A stretch of DNA of 64,000 bases from positions 131,954 to 195,953 of the forward strand of contig CAZPVP010000001.1 in NCBI GenBank assembly GCA_964590345.1, written 5' to 3'. Positions 10,201-19,807 of the stretch are shown one piece after another. The notes under the pieces were generated by a model. It was not told the DNA's origin and ran no database searches. It worked only from the letters and a program-made list of their open reading frames with translations. The stretch is from an uncultured Gammaproteobacteria bacterium. Its GTDB lineage: Bacteria; Patescibacteriota; Patescibacteriia; CAIXNZ01. The number at the start of each line of letters is the position of its first letter. Position 1 is the first letter of the stretch. The position numbers and the translations under genes were made by a program.

Positions 10201-13200
10201 AGAATCATTTTCCTCTCCCTCCAAACCATTATACCAATCTAATTCAGCTGTGTCTTCAAAATTATCAAACATTTTTATATAAACATTATTGCCTTGATTG
10301 CCGACAAAAGCACGGCAGCCATTTGCTTCAGGACGGCAGGCAATGCCTTCATCTGGGATAGCGTCATAAAGGCAAGCTTCAATATCGCTCTGCCAGCGGC
10401 CATTAGTAGCTTCACAATTTTCTTCAGTTGCGTCAGTTTTTCTGTAAGGGTGGCAGTCTTCTGAAACCGAAACTGTTTTTCTAATATTGCGCCAATAATT
10501 GTTGCCATCATTGTCAAAAAAATTAATACACTTAAAATCTTGGCTGCCTAAAGTTACTCTACAATCGGCTGAACCATCAATTGTTTTTGGCGCACCAGTA
10601 TTCTCATCTTGCTGTAATTCATATTTAATCAATTGCGGCGGACCTGTTTCAGAGCCCTGCCAGGTGAAATAGGTCTTTTCTCCTAAGCCTAAATTAGGTT
10701 TAATGCATTGCCTTAAATAAGTATAATATCCAATGCCCTCGCCTCCTCTAGCCACTTCATCTAAATTAGTAAACTGCGAACAGCCAACTTCATCAAGCGT
10801 ACAAGCTGAAGCCGTATCTGGAATAAAATAATGATATAAAGGATCAGGTTCTGGATCATATAGCGCTGACTCTTGTTTATAAGTATCATAACCGACACAT
10901 TCAGCCGGACAATAATCATACGTGCTTACTACGCCAGGAATCGGAGGATCATTATTCAAAGGCGTAAAAAGCTGACAACCGACTTCTTCGGGTTGGCAAA
11001 CTTTCATATAATTTATACAGGCTGAATCATCAGGTGCATATTTATAACAAGCTGTTTTGTCAGCAAAGAATGCTGGTTTATCATCTTCTGGCTGATCCCA
11101 AAAATACCCATTGTCTTCACAAGCCTTTTTAGTTGTAAAATTTGCCATTACCGGCGGCGGATCACCCGGTCCATAGCCATGACAATTTAAAATTTCCGGC
11201 GGTTTCTTATAATAAATCTTATTATTTGATTCATAATCAGTATATCCGCTAATAAAATCTCTGTTTCTCACCTGATCAATTGTGTTTAGAGATAAATCAA
11301 GAGCATCTAAATAAACCTCTGCATCTGTTTCACCGCCTGGCAAATTAATTAAAATTTCAAGAGCTGTGCCTGGACGCGAAGTCATTAATGTGCTATTAAC
11401 TCGAGAATAGGCATTATTTAAGGAAAAACTGCCACTATTAAGCTCGTCAGGGAAAGTTTTTATCTTTTTTACTAAATTAAAAATAATTGGTTGATCCAGG
11501 GGCTGATTAGACTTTAAATAAGCTGTGGCTGTATAAGTGTCGCCTGCTCTTGTTAAATTCCCATCCTCATTAAATTTAAGGCTGTGAACGAGCTGCAATT
11601 CTTGATCAGCTGGAATTTGGCTAATATCCACTTGCAATTTACCTAAGCCACGATGTACATTGAAGCCATCTTTAGAAACAGAAGCTATGTCACTAAATGG
11701 CCCGTACCCCAGCCAATCGCCTAAAAGTTCTTGGCAATTCTCTTTGCTATAATCATAAATAAAAGCATCTTGACAACTCTTTAGCCAACTACCTCCATTT
11801 TGCACGCAAGTCTCTTCGCCTGCTTCAGTTAATTCGCTTGAAATCTGACCGTCAATCTGACATTCAGTCTGCCAAGTTCCATTATTATCTTCACAATCTG
11901 CTTGATTATCAAATTGCGGATTTCTGCAAAGGTTATATTTTAAAATACTTGTTAAACAATATTTTTTATATTCCGCATCTATGCCAAGTTTATCATTAGA
12001 ACAATCATCTTCTTTTACGTCATCATTTACCGCGCCTTCACAACGATAATCCCAAGTTCCCTCGCGAGCTAAACATTCTTCTTCTGTTACTGCATCTTCA
12101 ACACCGTCACAAAAACCCTGCCAAGTGCCATTATTAAAATTACACAATTCTCTTGTTTCATAACCATAATTTAAACAACTTTCATAATAAGTACCGTCAC
12201 ATTCATCTCTTTCTTCTACTTCTTTTTTAAGTCGCAAATCCCAATTAGCCGGGAAATAACCTTCTTTAGTGTATTCAAAGCTTGAATCAGCCACTAAATT
12301 ATTAGCCGAATCACGATATAAGAAAAATTCATTACAGCCTTCGTTTTCTTTTTGGCAGCTTTCAACATTATTGTTTAAATAAATCCTTTGATCATCCTGC
12401 CAAAGACCAGCTTTTGAACGATTAGTAGCATACCAACTGCAGCCTGCATTATGAGGCCCGCAGATTTCGCTGCCGCTTAGAGTATTTTTTAAATATGAAA
12501 TTAAACTAGTGCCTTCAGGCTCACTAATCGTATAAGTACGGCAGCTATTATATGCTTCAGGGCAAGAATCAGCGCCAAATTGCCAAGCATTTTTTTCTTT
12601 GACACAAAATCCATAATCTTCATTAACACAGCCTCCCTTGCCATCTTCCTCCAAGCAGGAAGAAAAATCAGGGCAGCGAGAGTACCTTTGGCCAGTTAAA
12701 TTAGACATTAAAATTTCACCGTAAGGCTCTAAATCAGTTTGCAAAGCGCATTTTGTTGTTGGAATTTTTAAAAGCCAATCAGGATCGACCAAATTACAAA
12801 AAGCTGACTCATCATCATCAAAATCACCGCAAGTTCCAGAACCAATTTTATCAAAACCATTAACGACATCAGCCAGAGTTGCTCCGACAACTTCATTTTT
12901 CTTTCTTATGTTATAATTTCTAATTTCTTCCAAACTGGCCCCAACGCCTGATGGCTTAAATAAACAATTTCTTAATCGTTCCGCAACAAAAGGTTTGGCA
13001 AGATCATTGTAGCCCGGTTGCTGTGCAGTTATATCTTCAAACTTGGCAAAATCAGGCTGGCCATCATTATCTTCATCATAAATATTTCTAAAATTACAGT
13101 CTCTAACTAATTCAATAGCCAATTCCAAACCCAAAGGCACAACACGAGCTTTTCTTAATTTTTTAATATTAGCCAAATGATAAGTGCCTGTTTCTACAGT

Positions 13201-15156
13201 CTCACCCCATGAAAAACCATAATCACCAACTAATTTCCTTTTTTCTAAAGCCTCACTTATTGTTAATTTATCATTAATTGCTAAAGCAAAATTTGAATCA
13301 ATAACATTATTATAAATATTTGGATTAACTTCCCCCTTAAGCTCTAATTGAAAATCAGACAATAAATTCACACTTTTATATGTAGCACTATAACTAAATT
13401 GCTGAGCCAACTTTTCAACATAACTTTGTATGCCTTCACTTGTCACTACTTCCTGGCTAAAAACATTAAAAGGCTGAACAGGATCCAAGGGTTCGCTTTC
13501 TGCTTCATCTGCGGCTTGTTTTTTTAACTTTGCGACTGAATACTCTTCTTGTTGCGATTCATTTAAGGCTGTTAATAACCTTTTTATCATGTGATTCCAA
13601 AGTGTGCCTGTAAAAACACCCAAAGCATCAGCTGCGATTTCTTTAGTATAAATTCTGGCATTATAAACCCCCTTGCTTGCTTTTAAATCTTCTTCTACTG
13701 AATCCCTAATAAGATTAGCAGGGGTTTGAATAGTATCAGTAATGCGATCCATGGCCCCTTTCCAGCCATCATTAATGGTTGCTTCAACGTGACGGTCAAT
13801 AAATTTATCAAGACCAACATCAACTATTTCTTTAGCTATATTTTCCCAAGCATTAAATTCATTGGCTTCAGGATTAAACATTCCCTTGCCTAATTGCCAA
13901 TTATATCTTTCACCGGCTTCAAAATTTTCAGGCGTTAATAATCTATCAAGACTGCTTTTTAAATAATCAAAGCTGCTTTTTATAGAATCAATAACACCTT
14001 CAATCAAGCCAATCTTGCGATTAACTTCATTTTCATAAATTTCAGCCAAATTTCTAGCGTCTTCTGGTATTGTGCCCAGGACCGGGCCTATGCCTAAACC
14101 CTGTAAAACCCTTGCGCAGTCGCCTTCACGCAATTCTATTGCGCTTTTGCCTTTACAGCCTGAATAAACAGATTTGGCTTCCTGTAAATTTTCCAGCCAA
14201 GGATCAATCCTGTTAAACCATTCTTCTTTAATTAAAGGGATATTTTCCGGTGCAATAACAAATTCACCAACTGATAATTCAACCGGTTCACTGCTTGCCA
14301 TTCCGCCTCTAATCGCTCTGCTATCATCTGATAATGTTTCTGTTAAATCATCCAGTTTTTCAGCATATACCTGCAAATTTTCTTGAACTGGCGGCATACT
14401 GCATTTGACTCGGCCTCCAGAAATAGACTCGCAATTTCCTGGTAACCAGTCCATCAACCGGTTATCCCATATCATAAGCTGCTCGTCATAAAGCGTAAAA
14501 TTTCGTAATCTTTCATTGCTCTCACTGACTGTCCCGCCTTCCTGAATTTGATAATTAAAAGAAAACCAATCTGACTCTGCCCATTCTTCCCAATGGCTAG
14601 TCAACTCTGAAAACGAACAATCAGGCGAATAGCCTTTAAAGCCTGGAAACATAGGCATATCCAAAGTTAAATCAATTGCTATTCTTGGATCAAGAGTGCA
14701 AATATCAATACCGGTTAAATCCTGCATCACGGTCTGAATCATATCACCAATTGCCGCATCAGCATAACCCTGAATAAATTGGTCAAAATTTGTAATAAAT
14801 TTAGGCGCACCGCCTTTATCTGAATGAGCCACCCATACAGCTGTCTGCTGGGCAATCGTATTTGCTAATCCGCCTAAAATATTTTTAAAAAACATTGCTT
14901 TTATTTCACTCAAAATTTTTGTGATTATCCTGTCAACTTTTTTTTCTGTTTCCTCTGCTGCTTGCTGACTCATATGAGCGCCTTTCATCACATTCTCGGC
15001 TGTCGAAAGAGGAACTAAATCTGGATTAGTTACAGGCGTTGCTTTTACCTCTTCAAGCTTAAAAAAGAAAACAGCATAAAAATTGCTAAAAACAAAAATC
15101 AGCGCAACAACTAAAATTATCAGCTTTTTAATTTTTATTTTTCTTGACTTAAGCAT
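7213..15156 (-). CDS. Giant (2647 aa) exported Cys-rich protein with CBM-like domains
   Basis: N-terminal signal/TM; many CxxxxGxW repeats; NLVADSSFE and NFVFNGGFE starts typical of CBM4/9-like jelly-roll domains. Confidence 0.8.
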   Translation of the reverse strand: MLKSRKIKIKKLIILVVALIFVFSNFYAVFFFKLEEVKATPVTNPDLVPLSTAENVMKGAHMSQQAAEETEKKVDRIITKILSEIKAMFFKNILGGLANTIAQQTAVWVAHSDKGGAPKFITNFDQFIQGYADAAIGDMIQTVMQDLTGIDICTLDPRIAIDLTLDMPMFPGFKGYSPDCSFSELTSHWEEWAESDWFSFNYQIQEGGTVSESNERLRNFTLYDEQLMIWDNRLMDWLPGNCESISGGRVKCSMPPVQENLQVYAEKLDDLTETLSDDSRAIRGGMASSEPVELSVGEFVIAPENIPLIKEEWFNRIDPWLENLQEAKSVYSGCKGKSAIELREGDCARVLQGLGIGPVLGTIPEDARNLAEIYENEVNRKIGLIEGVIDSIKSSFDYLKSSLDRLLTPENFEAGERYNWQLGKGMFNPEANEFNAWENIAKEIVDVGLDKFIDRHVEATINDGWKGAMDRITDTIQTPANLIRDSVEEDLKASKGVYNARIYTKEIAADALGVFTGTLWNHMIKRLLTALNESQQEEYSVAKLKKQAADEAESEPLDPVQPFNVFSQEVVTSEGIQSYVEKLAQQFSYSATYKSVNLLSDFQLELKGEVNPNIYNNVIDSNFALAINDKLTISEALEKRKLVGDYGFSWGETVETGTYHLANIKKLRKARVVPLGLELAIELVRDCNFRNIYDEDNDGQPDFAKFEDITAQQPGYNDLAKPFVAERLRNCLFKPSGVGASLEEIRNYNIRKKNEVVGATLADVVNGFDKIGSGTCGDFDDDESAFCNLVDPDWLLKIPTTKCALQTDLEPYGEILMSNLTGQRYSRCPDFSSCLEEDGKGGCVNEDYGFCVKEKNAWQFGADSCPEAYNSCRTYTISEPEGTSLISYLKNTLSGSEICGPHNAGCSWYATNRSKAGLWQDDQRIYLNNNVESCQKENEGCNEFFLYRDSANNLVADSSFEYTKEGYFPANWDLRLKKEVEERDECDGTYYESCLNYGYETRELCNFNNGTWQGFCDGVEDAVTEEECLAREGTWDYRCEGAVNDDVKEDDCSNDKLGIDAEYKKYCLTSILKYNLCRNPQFDNQADCEDNNGTWQTECQIDGQISSELTEAGEETCVQNGGSWLKSCQDAFIYDYSKENCQELLGDWLGYGPFSDIASVSKDGFNVHRGLGKLQVDISQIPADQELQLVHSLKFNEDGNLTRAGDTYTATAYLKSNQPLDQPIIFNLVKKIKTFPDELNSGSFSLNNAYSRVNSTLMTSRPGTALEILINLPGGETDAEVYLDALDLSLNTIDQVRNRDFISGYTDYESNNKIYYKKPPEILNCHGYGPGDPPPVMANFTTKKACEDNGYFWDQPEDDKPAFFADKTACYKYAPDDSACINYMKVCQPEEVGCQLFTPLNNDPPIPGVVSTYDYCPAECVGYDTYKQESALYDPEPDPLYHYFIPDTASACTLDEVGCSQFTNLDEVARGGEGIGYYTYLRQCIKPNLGLGEKTYFTWQGSETGPPQLIKYELQQDENTGAPKTIDGSADCRVTLGSQDFKCINFFDNDGNNYWRNIRKTVSVSEDCHPYRKTDATEENCEATNGRWQSDIEACLYDAIPDEGIACRPEANGCRAFVGNQGNNVYIKMFDNFEDTAELDWYNGLEGEENDSLTRVGESIAVGGHSLLIPQQEVNSIHKFIDIQRGNLYTLSFWAKTDNPAGEVIAVRFSTAVDDGNATTMENFATLENQTVRLTTDWQNYTLGPVYVSWDDLQNNSLIFDSLDNKVYLDNILLKVVKDNVYAIKDSWSTPDSCDRTFYGVFKKGEMIGCQAYEDILGQTHYLRSFTNLCRESAVGCQILVDTKNSVNPHGQTFNNENASPLDDYSVAEDELTTLVLNDNYSCSDNDKGCQRLGKPNFEDVENITFQEVYLKNNPDKYVNVPDAILCNHDALGCTELINEEGVSEYYKIEPTKLCEYKQNLINGQKVEGWFKKGNPKLGCGGLLFDNIEDCQDNGGEWSEKYDQCTLILPEIKDEETCLLKRGEWLNSQCLAYPFSIYKVYEANKYKGYVGKCSEEWNGCTEFLDINPNFVFNGGFETRDPTGGLSNWVTVAASSGSQDKEIDDVQAGETAIKLIKETAQDCPSTPLYEECEAPPYGISQKLVRLEKGKAYKISFYYKMNEDSKGVGNDCPMPEAAFEFRPVDSERGAEPIIYTAETDWKKVEILYSVPLGECENSDYKSQKSCEEEDLTWNEFDDLLDFNLILYAPLNGNKSAEKNNCPDSYIIYDQVEVKDNTEDSYYVIDLGVNVDRSSCTEVDWNNGCVEFLNTANNNFETIKVSKDRNCEQWAVCTEKDENGFCQQVNLCAEREASECVRLLTEWQGGELVRAPKDNVRYSLQEEPMTIKRISDYNNKEGYIYRFGIGPLTQLTQWRAGDYSGYTIPNRFPLETELNDKEFEQYFHLNKLGRTADERYTEAICKIFPEQNAPLPYQLSEEQEYKDIPNLYSQSVDLKDIGTACSYEQVKAGGYTTYFPLGDSPAKICTMPEEAKGQVCSKASDCNPYYDPDNPEELANCKDIENRKAIFGLEGMCLEFDTSNPLYDGIYQDFYETTSDYQPYACLTYYPFLIDTCAYYKDETECENKIGCSWNGDVCKHEGNSSPEGGASSP

Positions 15157-15215
15157 GGTAAAAAAATAATTTTATAACTCTTTGATAATTAAACCAAATT
15201 GCTTATTTTTACGCC

Positions 15216-16022
15216 TCAATATGAATTAAGAATTTCTAAAAACGTGTTTTTTAAAGTCTGATCATCAATCTGATCCAATAAGTTTTTATCAATACCGCTT
15301 TTTTCCAGCTCCTCTCTTATTTGAGCCGGGGTTAAATTTTTTAGTTCTTCTATTGTTAATTCCTTTGCTTCAGGACTTAATTGCTCAGTTGTTTCTGTCC
15401 CTATTGACTCACCGCTGCTAAACTCTTCTAACATTTGCTGAAAATCCTGATCATAAATACCCATTGCCTCTAAATTCATATCCTCAGAAGAATATGTATC
15501 AATTAAATCAGTTATTTCATTTGCCGGTCCATTCATGTTTTGATTTAAAGATGTTCCTGCTGCTTCTTCTTCAAACTGCTGAGCAGTACAATCTTCCCCC
15601 TCCGGGCAATTGGGATCAGTGCCAGCCAAAATTTCCTGTTTATCCCAAATGCCATCACTGTCGCTATCCTCCAAATAAGGACTGGTTTGATAAATATAAA
15701 TCTCACTATAATCATCTAAACCGTCTAAATCACTATCCTGATTTTGCAATTTAATAACTTCTTCTTCTGGCCTTGCTTGATTTGTAGCGCTAACCTTATA
15801 TTTGTTCCGCAAGTCACTTCTTATATTATGCAAATAGCTGGGATACAAAGGCTCTTCTAAATTTTTTTTAAACTGGAGATAACCAAGGACTAAAGCAGAA
15901 ATTGTAATTAAAATTAAAAAAAATACAAAGAATTTCTCCATAGGAGTCTTTTCTATTTTGCTGCTTATTTCTTCGCTTTTTTCTTCAAAAAATTCTTTTA
16001 TTTTTTCTCGTCTGTCTGTCAT
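15216..16022 (-). CDS. Single-pass membrane protein with Ca-binding DxDxDG (bacterial TSP3-like) repeats
   Basis: One TM; DSDLDGLDDYSE...EDSDSDGIWDKQEILAGTDPN. Confidence 0.75.
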   Translation of the reverse strand: MTDRREKIKEFFEEKSEEISSKIEKTPMEKFFVFFLILITISALVLGYLQFKKNLEEPLYPSYLHNIRSDLRNKYKVSATNQARPEEEVIKLQNQDSDLDGLDDYSEIYIYQTSPYLEDSDSDGIWDKQEILAGTDPNCPEGEDCTAQQFEEEAAGTSLNQNMNGPANEITDLIDTYSSEDMNLEAMGIYDQDFQQMLEEFSSGESIGTETTEQLSPEAKELTIEELKNLTPAQIREELEKSGIDKNLLDQIDDQTLKNTFLEILNSY

Positions 16023-16078
16023 TAAACTGTTTTTATTATAACATAAATTCTTTAATAATTATATCACAAAAACACTCT

Positions 16079-16927
16079 TTAAACCACAAATTGTTGATAA
16101 ATATCAGCCCAATTTTTTAAACTCAAATCTTGAGCTCTGATATTCTCTTTTAATTGAGCTGATTTTAGCTTATTTTTAACTATTTGTTTGTCTAATTTTA
16201 AGCCAGCTGCCAAATTATTTTGCAATTGTTTCCTGGGCGAACTAAAGCCAATTTTAACCAACTGCCAGAATTTATTTTCCTTGAAATTTTTTATCTTTGA
16301 TACCGCGGCTGGCAAGGTTTGGCTTAATTTTATTTTTAAAATTGCGCTATCAACCTTTGGCTGCGGATAAAAACTTTTTGCAGAAATATAATCAATTATT
16401 TGAGCTTGGCCATAAAATTGGACTGACAAGCTTAAAAGGCTCATTTTGCCGGGTTTTGCTACAATTTTTTGTGCTACTTCTTTTTGCACCAAAACAACCA
16501 TTATTCCTGGCTTTGGCTCATAAGTTAAAAATTTTTTCAAAACCGGCTTAGTAATCAAATAGGGCAAATTAGCCACTACTTTATATTTGTCACTTTGCAA
16601 TTCTTTAGCTAAATCTGAATTTTTAATTTCTAAAATATCAGCCTGTAAAATTCCCAGGTTTTTAATCCCTTTGAATTTCTGTTTCAAAAAACAAGCTAAT
16701 CCTTTATCTAATTCAATGACCAAAACTCTTTTGCTAAACTCTATTAATTTTTCGGTAAGAATGCCAAAGCCCGGCCCAATTTCTAAAACATAGTCGTTTT
16801 TATTTAGATTCGCTGTTTCAGCTATTTTTTCTAAAACTTTTTTATCAGTTAAAAAATTCTGGCCCTTATTTCTGCTTGGCCTAATGCCATACTTCTGACA
16901 CATTTTTTTTATCTCATTTTTTTGCAT
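16079..16927 (-). CDS. rsmA: 16S rRNA m6,2A dimethyltransferase
   Basis: GQNFL, VLEIGPGFGILT, VANLPY, FYPQPKVDSA motifs. Confidence 0.97.
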   Translation of the reverse strand: MQKNEIKKMCQKYGIRPSRNKGQNFLTDKKVLEKIAETANLNKNDYVLEIGPGFGILTEKLIEFSKRVLVIELDKGLACFLKQKFKGIKNLGILQADILEIKNSDLAKELQSDKYKVVANLPYLITKPVLKKFLTYEPKPGIMVVLVQKEVAQKIVAKPGKMSLLSLSVQFYGQAQIIDYISAKSFYPQPKVDSAILKIKLSQTLPAAVSKIKNFKENKFWQLVKIGFSSPRKQLQNNLAAGLKLDKQIVKNKLKSAQLKENIRAQDLSLKNWADIYQQFVV

Positions 16928-16996
16928 AAATAAAACTTATTAAAACAGGGGATTTCAGCATATTGCTTCACCGGCGAATTCTTTTGAATCAAAACT

Positions 16997-17344
16997 TTAA
17001 TGTGATACTTCATTATTATCATTATCCTTCTTGTCCAAAGCCATCTTTCTAACTATCTTGGTTATATTTTTTTCAATTTTATCCAAACGCACCAAAATCC
17101 GAAAAGCAATATAAAACAAAATTAAAATTGAAATATAAATTACTAAATCAACTCCTCTGCCAACACCAACCAAATTTGCTACGAATGAGGTTGTTTCCGG
17201 CAAAATCACAACAAAACCGACCATAAACCAAAAAATAGTCCACAAAATAAATTCCTGCAAAGAAATTATCTTATCTTTATAACGCAAAGCTACTTTGGTA
17301 ACGGCAAAAAGTATAAAAAGAATTAAAATAAGCTGAATAATCAT
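16997..17344 (-). CDS. DUF2304 family membrane protein
   Basis: ANLVGVGRGVDLVIY and IEKNITKIVRKMAL motifs. Start set at ATG 17344, which avoids overlap with the upstream gene; the track start is 17377. Confidence 0.85.
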   Translation of the reverse strand: MIIQLILILFILFAVTKVALRYKDKIISLQEFILWTIFWFMVGFVVILPETTSFVANLVGVGRGVDLVIYISILILFYIAFRILVRLDKIEKNITKIVRKMALDKKDNDNNEVSH

Positions 17345-17355
17345 ATATTTTAAAT

Positions 17356-18168
17356 TTATTTTTGGTTTAAAAAACAAAGCCCGCCATATAGACCGGCTAA
17401 ATCTCCTAATTTGGCTTTTTTAATTTCTGGTAAATAAGGAAAAATTTCCAATCTCTTTTTTAACTGGTCTTTAACCAAATCTAAAGAAACACTTTTCATT
17501 AGAGAGCCCCCCAAAATTATCGCCTCAGGTGACCACAAAACAATAACATTATTCAAGCCAGTCGCCAAAATATCCGCCTCTTTGCGCCAAATTTCTTGCT
17601 TCTTAATTTTATGGGCTTTTTTATTATATCTTTCTTCTAAGGCTGAACCGGCAATGTTTTCTTCTAGAGTTTTGCTGCCATTTTTGGCAGAAAAATTTAT
17701 AATCTGATGACCTGGCTCAAAACCAAAATAGTTATCATCAATTTTTCCTTTAATTATTCTTGCCCCGCCGACACCAGTGCTTATAGTTAAATAAGCAATG
17801 ATTTTATAACCTTGACCCGCGCCATATTTAGTTTCGCCTAAACCAGACAAAGCAGCGTCATTCTCCAAATAAACTGGGGCTTTTATTATCTTTTGCAAGT
17901 TTTCCTTCAAAGGTTTATTAATCCAATCTGGCAAATTAGGCGAATTTACTAATTTTGTCTTTTTTCTGTCAAATGGCCCGGCAACTCCGCCCGCCACTGC
18001 TTTAACTTTTTTATTATTAGTAAGCTGAGAAATCAATTTTTGAAAAAGCAAAATTGCTTGATTAAAATCCAAAGGCGTAGCAACTATCTTTTTTTTATAA
18101 AAAGTCTTTCTATCTTTGGAAACTGCTAAGCGTGTTTTTGTCCCGCCAATATCAAAAACTAAATACAT
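17356..18168 (-). CDS. ROK family sugar kinase (glucokinase-like)
   Basis: FDIGGTK, LENDA, TISTGVGG, EPGHQ motifs. Confidence 0.92.
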   Translation of the reverse strand: MYLVFDIGGTKTRLAVSKDRKTFYKKKIVATPLDFNQAILLFQKLISQLTNNKKVKAVAGGVAGPFDRKKTKLVNSPNLPDWINKPLKENLQKIIKAPVYLENDAALSGLGETKYGAGQGYKIIAYLTISTGVGGARIIKGKIDDNYFGFEPGHQIINFSAKNGSKTLEENIAGSALEERYNKKAHKIKKQEIWRKEADILATGLNNVIVLWSPEAIILGGSLMKSVSLDLVKDQLKKRLEIFPYLPEIKKAKLGDLAGLYGGLCFLNQK

Positions 18169-18172
18169 AAAA

Positions 18173-19801
18173 TTATTTTTTAAGCTTTATTAAATAACCC
18201 TCGTAAGGCCTTAAATATAATTTATTTAAATTGATCGGCTGGCCTTGTTTTTTTGTTAAATAAGTATTACAAATTAATTCCGCGGAAGAAAAAGGCAAAG
18301 AAATCTTTTTTCTTCGGCTGGCAAAATTTAACAAGACCAAAACTTTTTCTTTTTCGCTTTCCCTAATATAAGCCAAAAGATCTTTTGTCCTTATATCTAA
18401 AGAATAATAAACCCCTTGCAAAATCGCTTGTGACTTTTTCCTGAAGCTAATTAATTTTTTATATAAACTTAAAATTGACTTGGTATCGGCTAATTCTTTT
18501 TTTACATTAAAAATCAAATAATTCCTGGCCACTGGCAGCCATGGCTTTACTTTGGAAAATCCGGCATATTTTTGGCTTGACCACTGCATTGGTGTCCGGT
18601 GAGGATCGCGTCCCAAATCAAAACCGGGAACATTTTTGCCCCAGGGATCTAATTGCTCATCTTTTTTAATTGGCACATCTGACATGCCAATTTCTTCACC
18701 GTAATAAATAAAAGGCATGCCTTTTAAAGTCAATTGCAACATAGCAAATAGCCTGGCCTTTTTTCGGCTTTCTAGGCGAGAAGCAACTCTAGGACGATCA
18801 TGATTGCCCAAAACATAATTGGCGCAATCTCCTGCATCTAAATTTTCCTCATAATTATCCAAAAAACTTCGGTAAGCCCAGGCATTCCAAGGCAATCTAA
18901 TAAAATTAAAATTAAAGGGAGCATGAAGCCCCTGCTGGCAAAGCTTATAATACATTTTCATTTCTGCCATTTTTGTTTTATAAAAAACTTCGCTGACTAA
19001 AAATTTATTTTTATATTGGCCGACAATACTGCAAAATTTATTTAAAATTTCCAAAGTTTCTGGCCTGCCCCTATCATAAACATTTAAAAATTGGCGGTAA
19101 GGATCGTCATGCCCGGGAATATATTTAGGATTTACTGGATTGTCACGAAATTTATCATCTTTAATAATATGATAAACGGCATCCAAGCGAAAGCCGTCAA
19201 CTCCTTTGGCTAGCCAAAATTTCATTATTTTTTCCATCTCCTTTTGAACTTGTTTGTTGCGCCAATTTAAATCCGGTTGGCATTCTAAAAAAGTATGCAA
19301 ATAATACTGATTTGTTCTTTTGTCTAAAGTCCAAGCTGAACCGCCAAATCGGCTTAACCAATTATTGGGCGGTGAGCCATCTGGTTTTGGCTTATGCCAA
19401 ATATACCAATCGCGTTTCGGGTTTTTTAATGAAGATTTTGATTCAACAAACCAAGGGTGCTGGTCAGAAGTATGATTAGGCACGAAATCCATTAAAATTT
19501 TTATCCCATGTTTATGGGCTTCTTTAACAAATTTTTCAAAAATTTTTATATTGCCAAAAATAGGATCTATTTTATAATAATCTGAAATATCATAACCGAA
19601 ATCTTTCATCGGTGACTTATAAACCGGGCATAACCAAATAGCATTAACTTGCAAAATTTTCTTCAAATAATCAAATTTTTCAATTATGCCCTTTAAATCA
19701 CCTTTGCCATCTTCATTAGTATCTTTAAAACTTAAGGGGTAAACCTGATAAACAGTATCATTAGTTGACCATTTTAATTCTTTTTTGTTTTTTTTAGGCA
19801 T
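18173..19801 (-). CDS. GH13 alpha-glucosidase / oligo-1,6-glucosidase
   Basis: YQVYPLSFKD, DFGYDISDY, DFVPNHTSDQHPWF, GVDGFRLDA, LGNHD, YYGEEIGM, RDPHRTPMQW. Confidence 0.95.
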   Translation of the reverse strand: MPKKNKKELKWSTNDTVYQVYPLSFKDTNEDGKGDLKGIIEKFDYLKKILQVNAIWLCPVYKSPMKDFGYDISDYYKIDPIFGNIKIFEKFVKEAHKHGIKILMDFVPNHTSDQHPWFVESKSSLKNPKRDWYIWHKPKPDGSPPNNWLSRFGGSAWTLDKRTNQYYLHTFLECQPDLNWRNKQVQKEMEKIMKFWLAKGVDGFRLDAVYHIIKDDKFRDNPVNPKYIPGHDDPYRQFLNVYDRGRPETLEILNKFCSIVGQYKNKFLVSEVFYKTKMAEMKMYYKLCQQGLHAPFNFNFIRLPWNAWAYRSFLDNYEENLDAGDCANYVLGNHDRPRVASRLESRKKARLFAMLQLTLKGMPFIYYGEEIGMSDVPIKKDEQLDPWGKNVPGFDLGRDPHRTPMQWSSQKYAGFSKVKPWLPVARNYLIFNVKKELADTKSILSLYKKLISFRKKSQAILQGVYYSLDIRTKDLLAYIRESEKEKVLVLLNFASRRKKISLPFSSAELICNTYLTKKQGQPINLNKLYLRPYEGYLIKLKK

Positions 19802-19807
19802 TATTAA

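Noticed and set aside
16930-16996. Slightly GC-rich spacer upstream of rsmA as a possible RNA element
   Set aside because: Only a 4-bp hairpin is evident; insufficient support.
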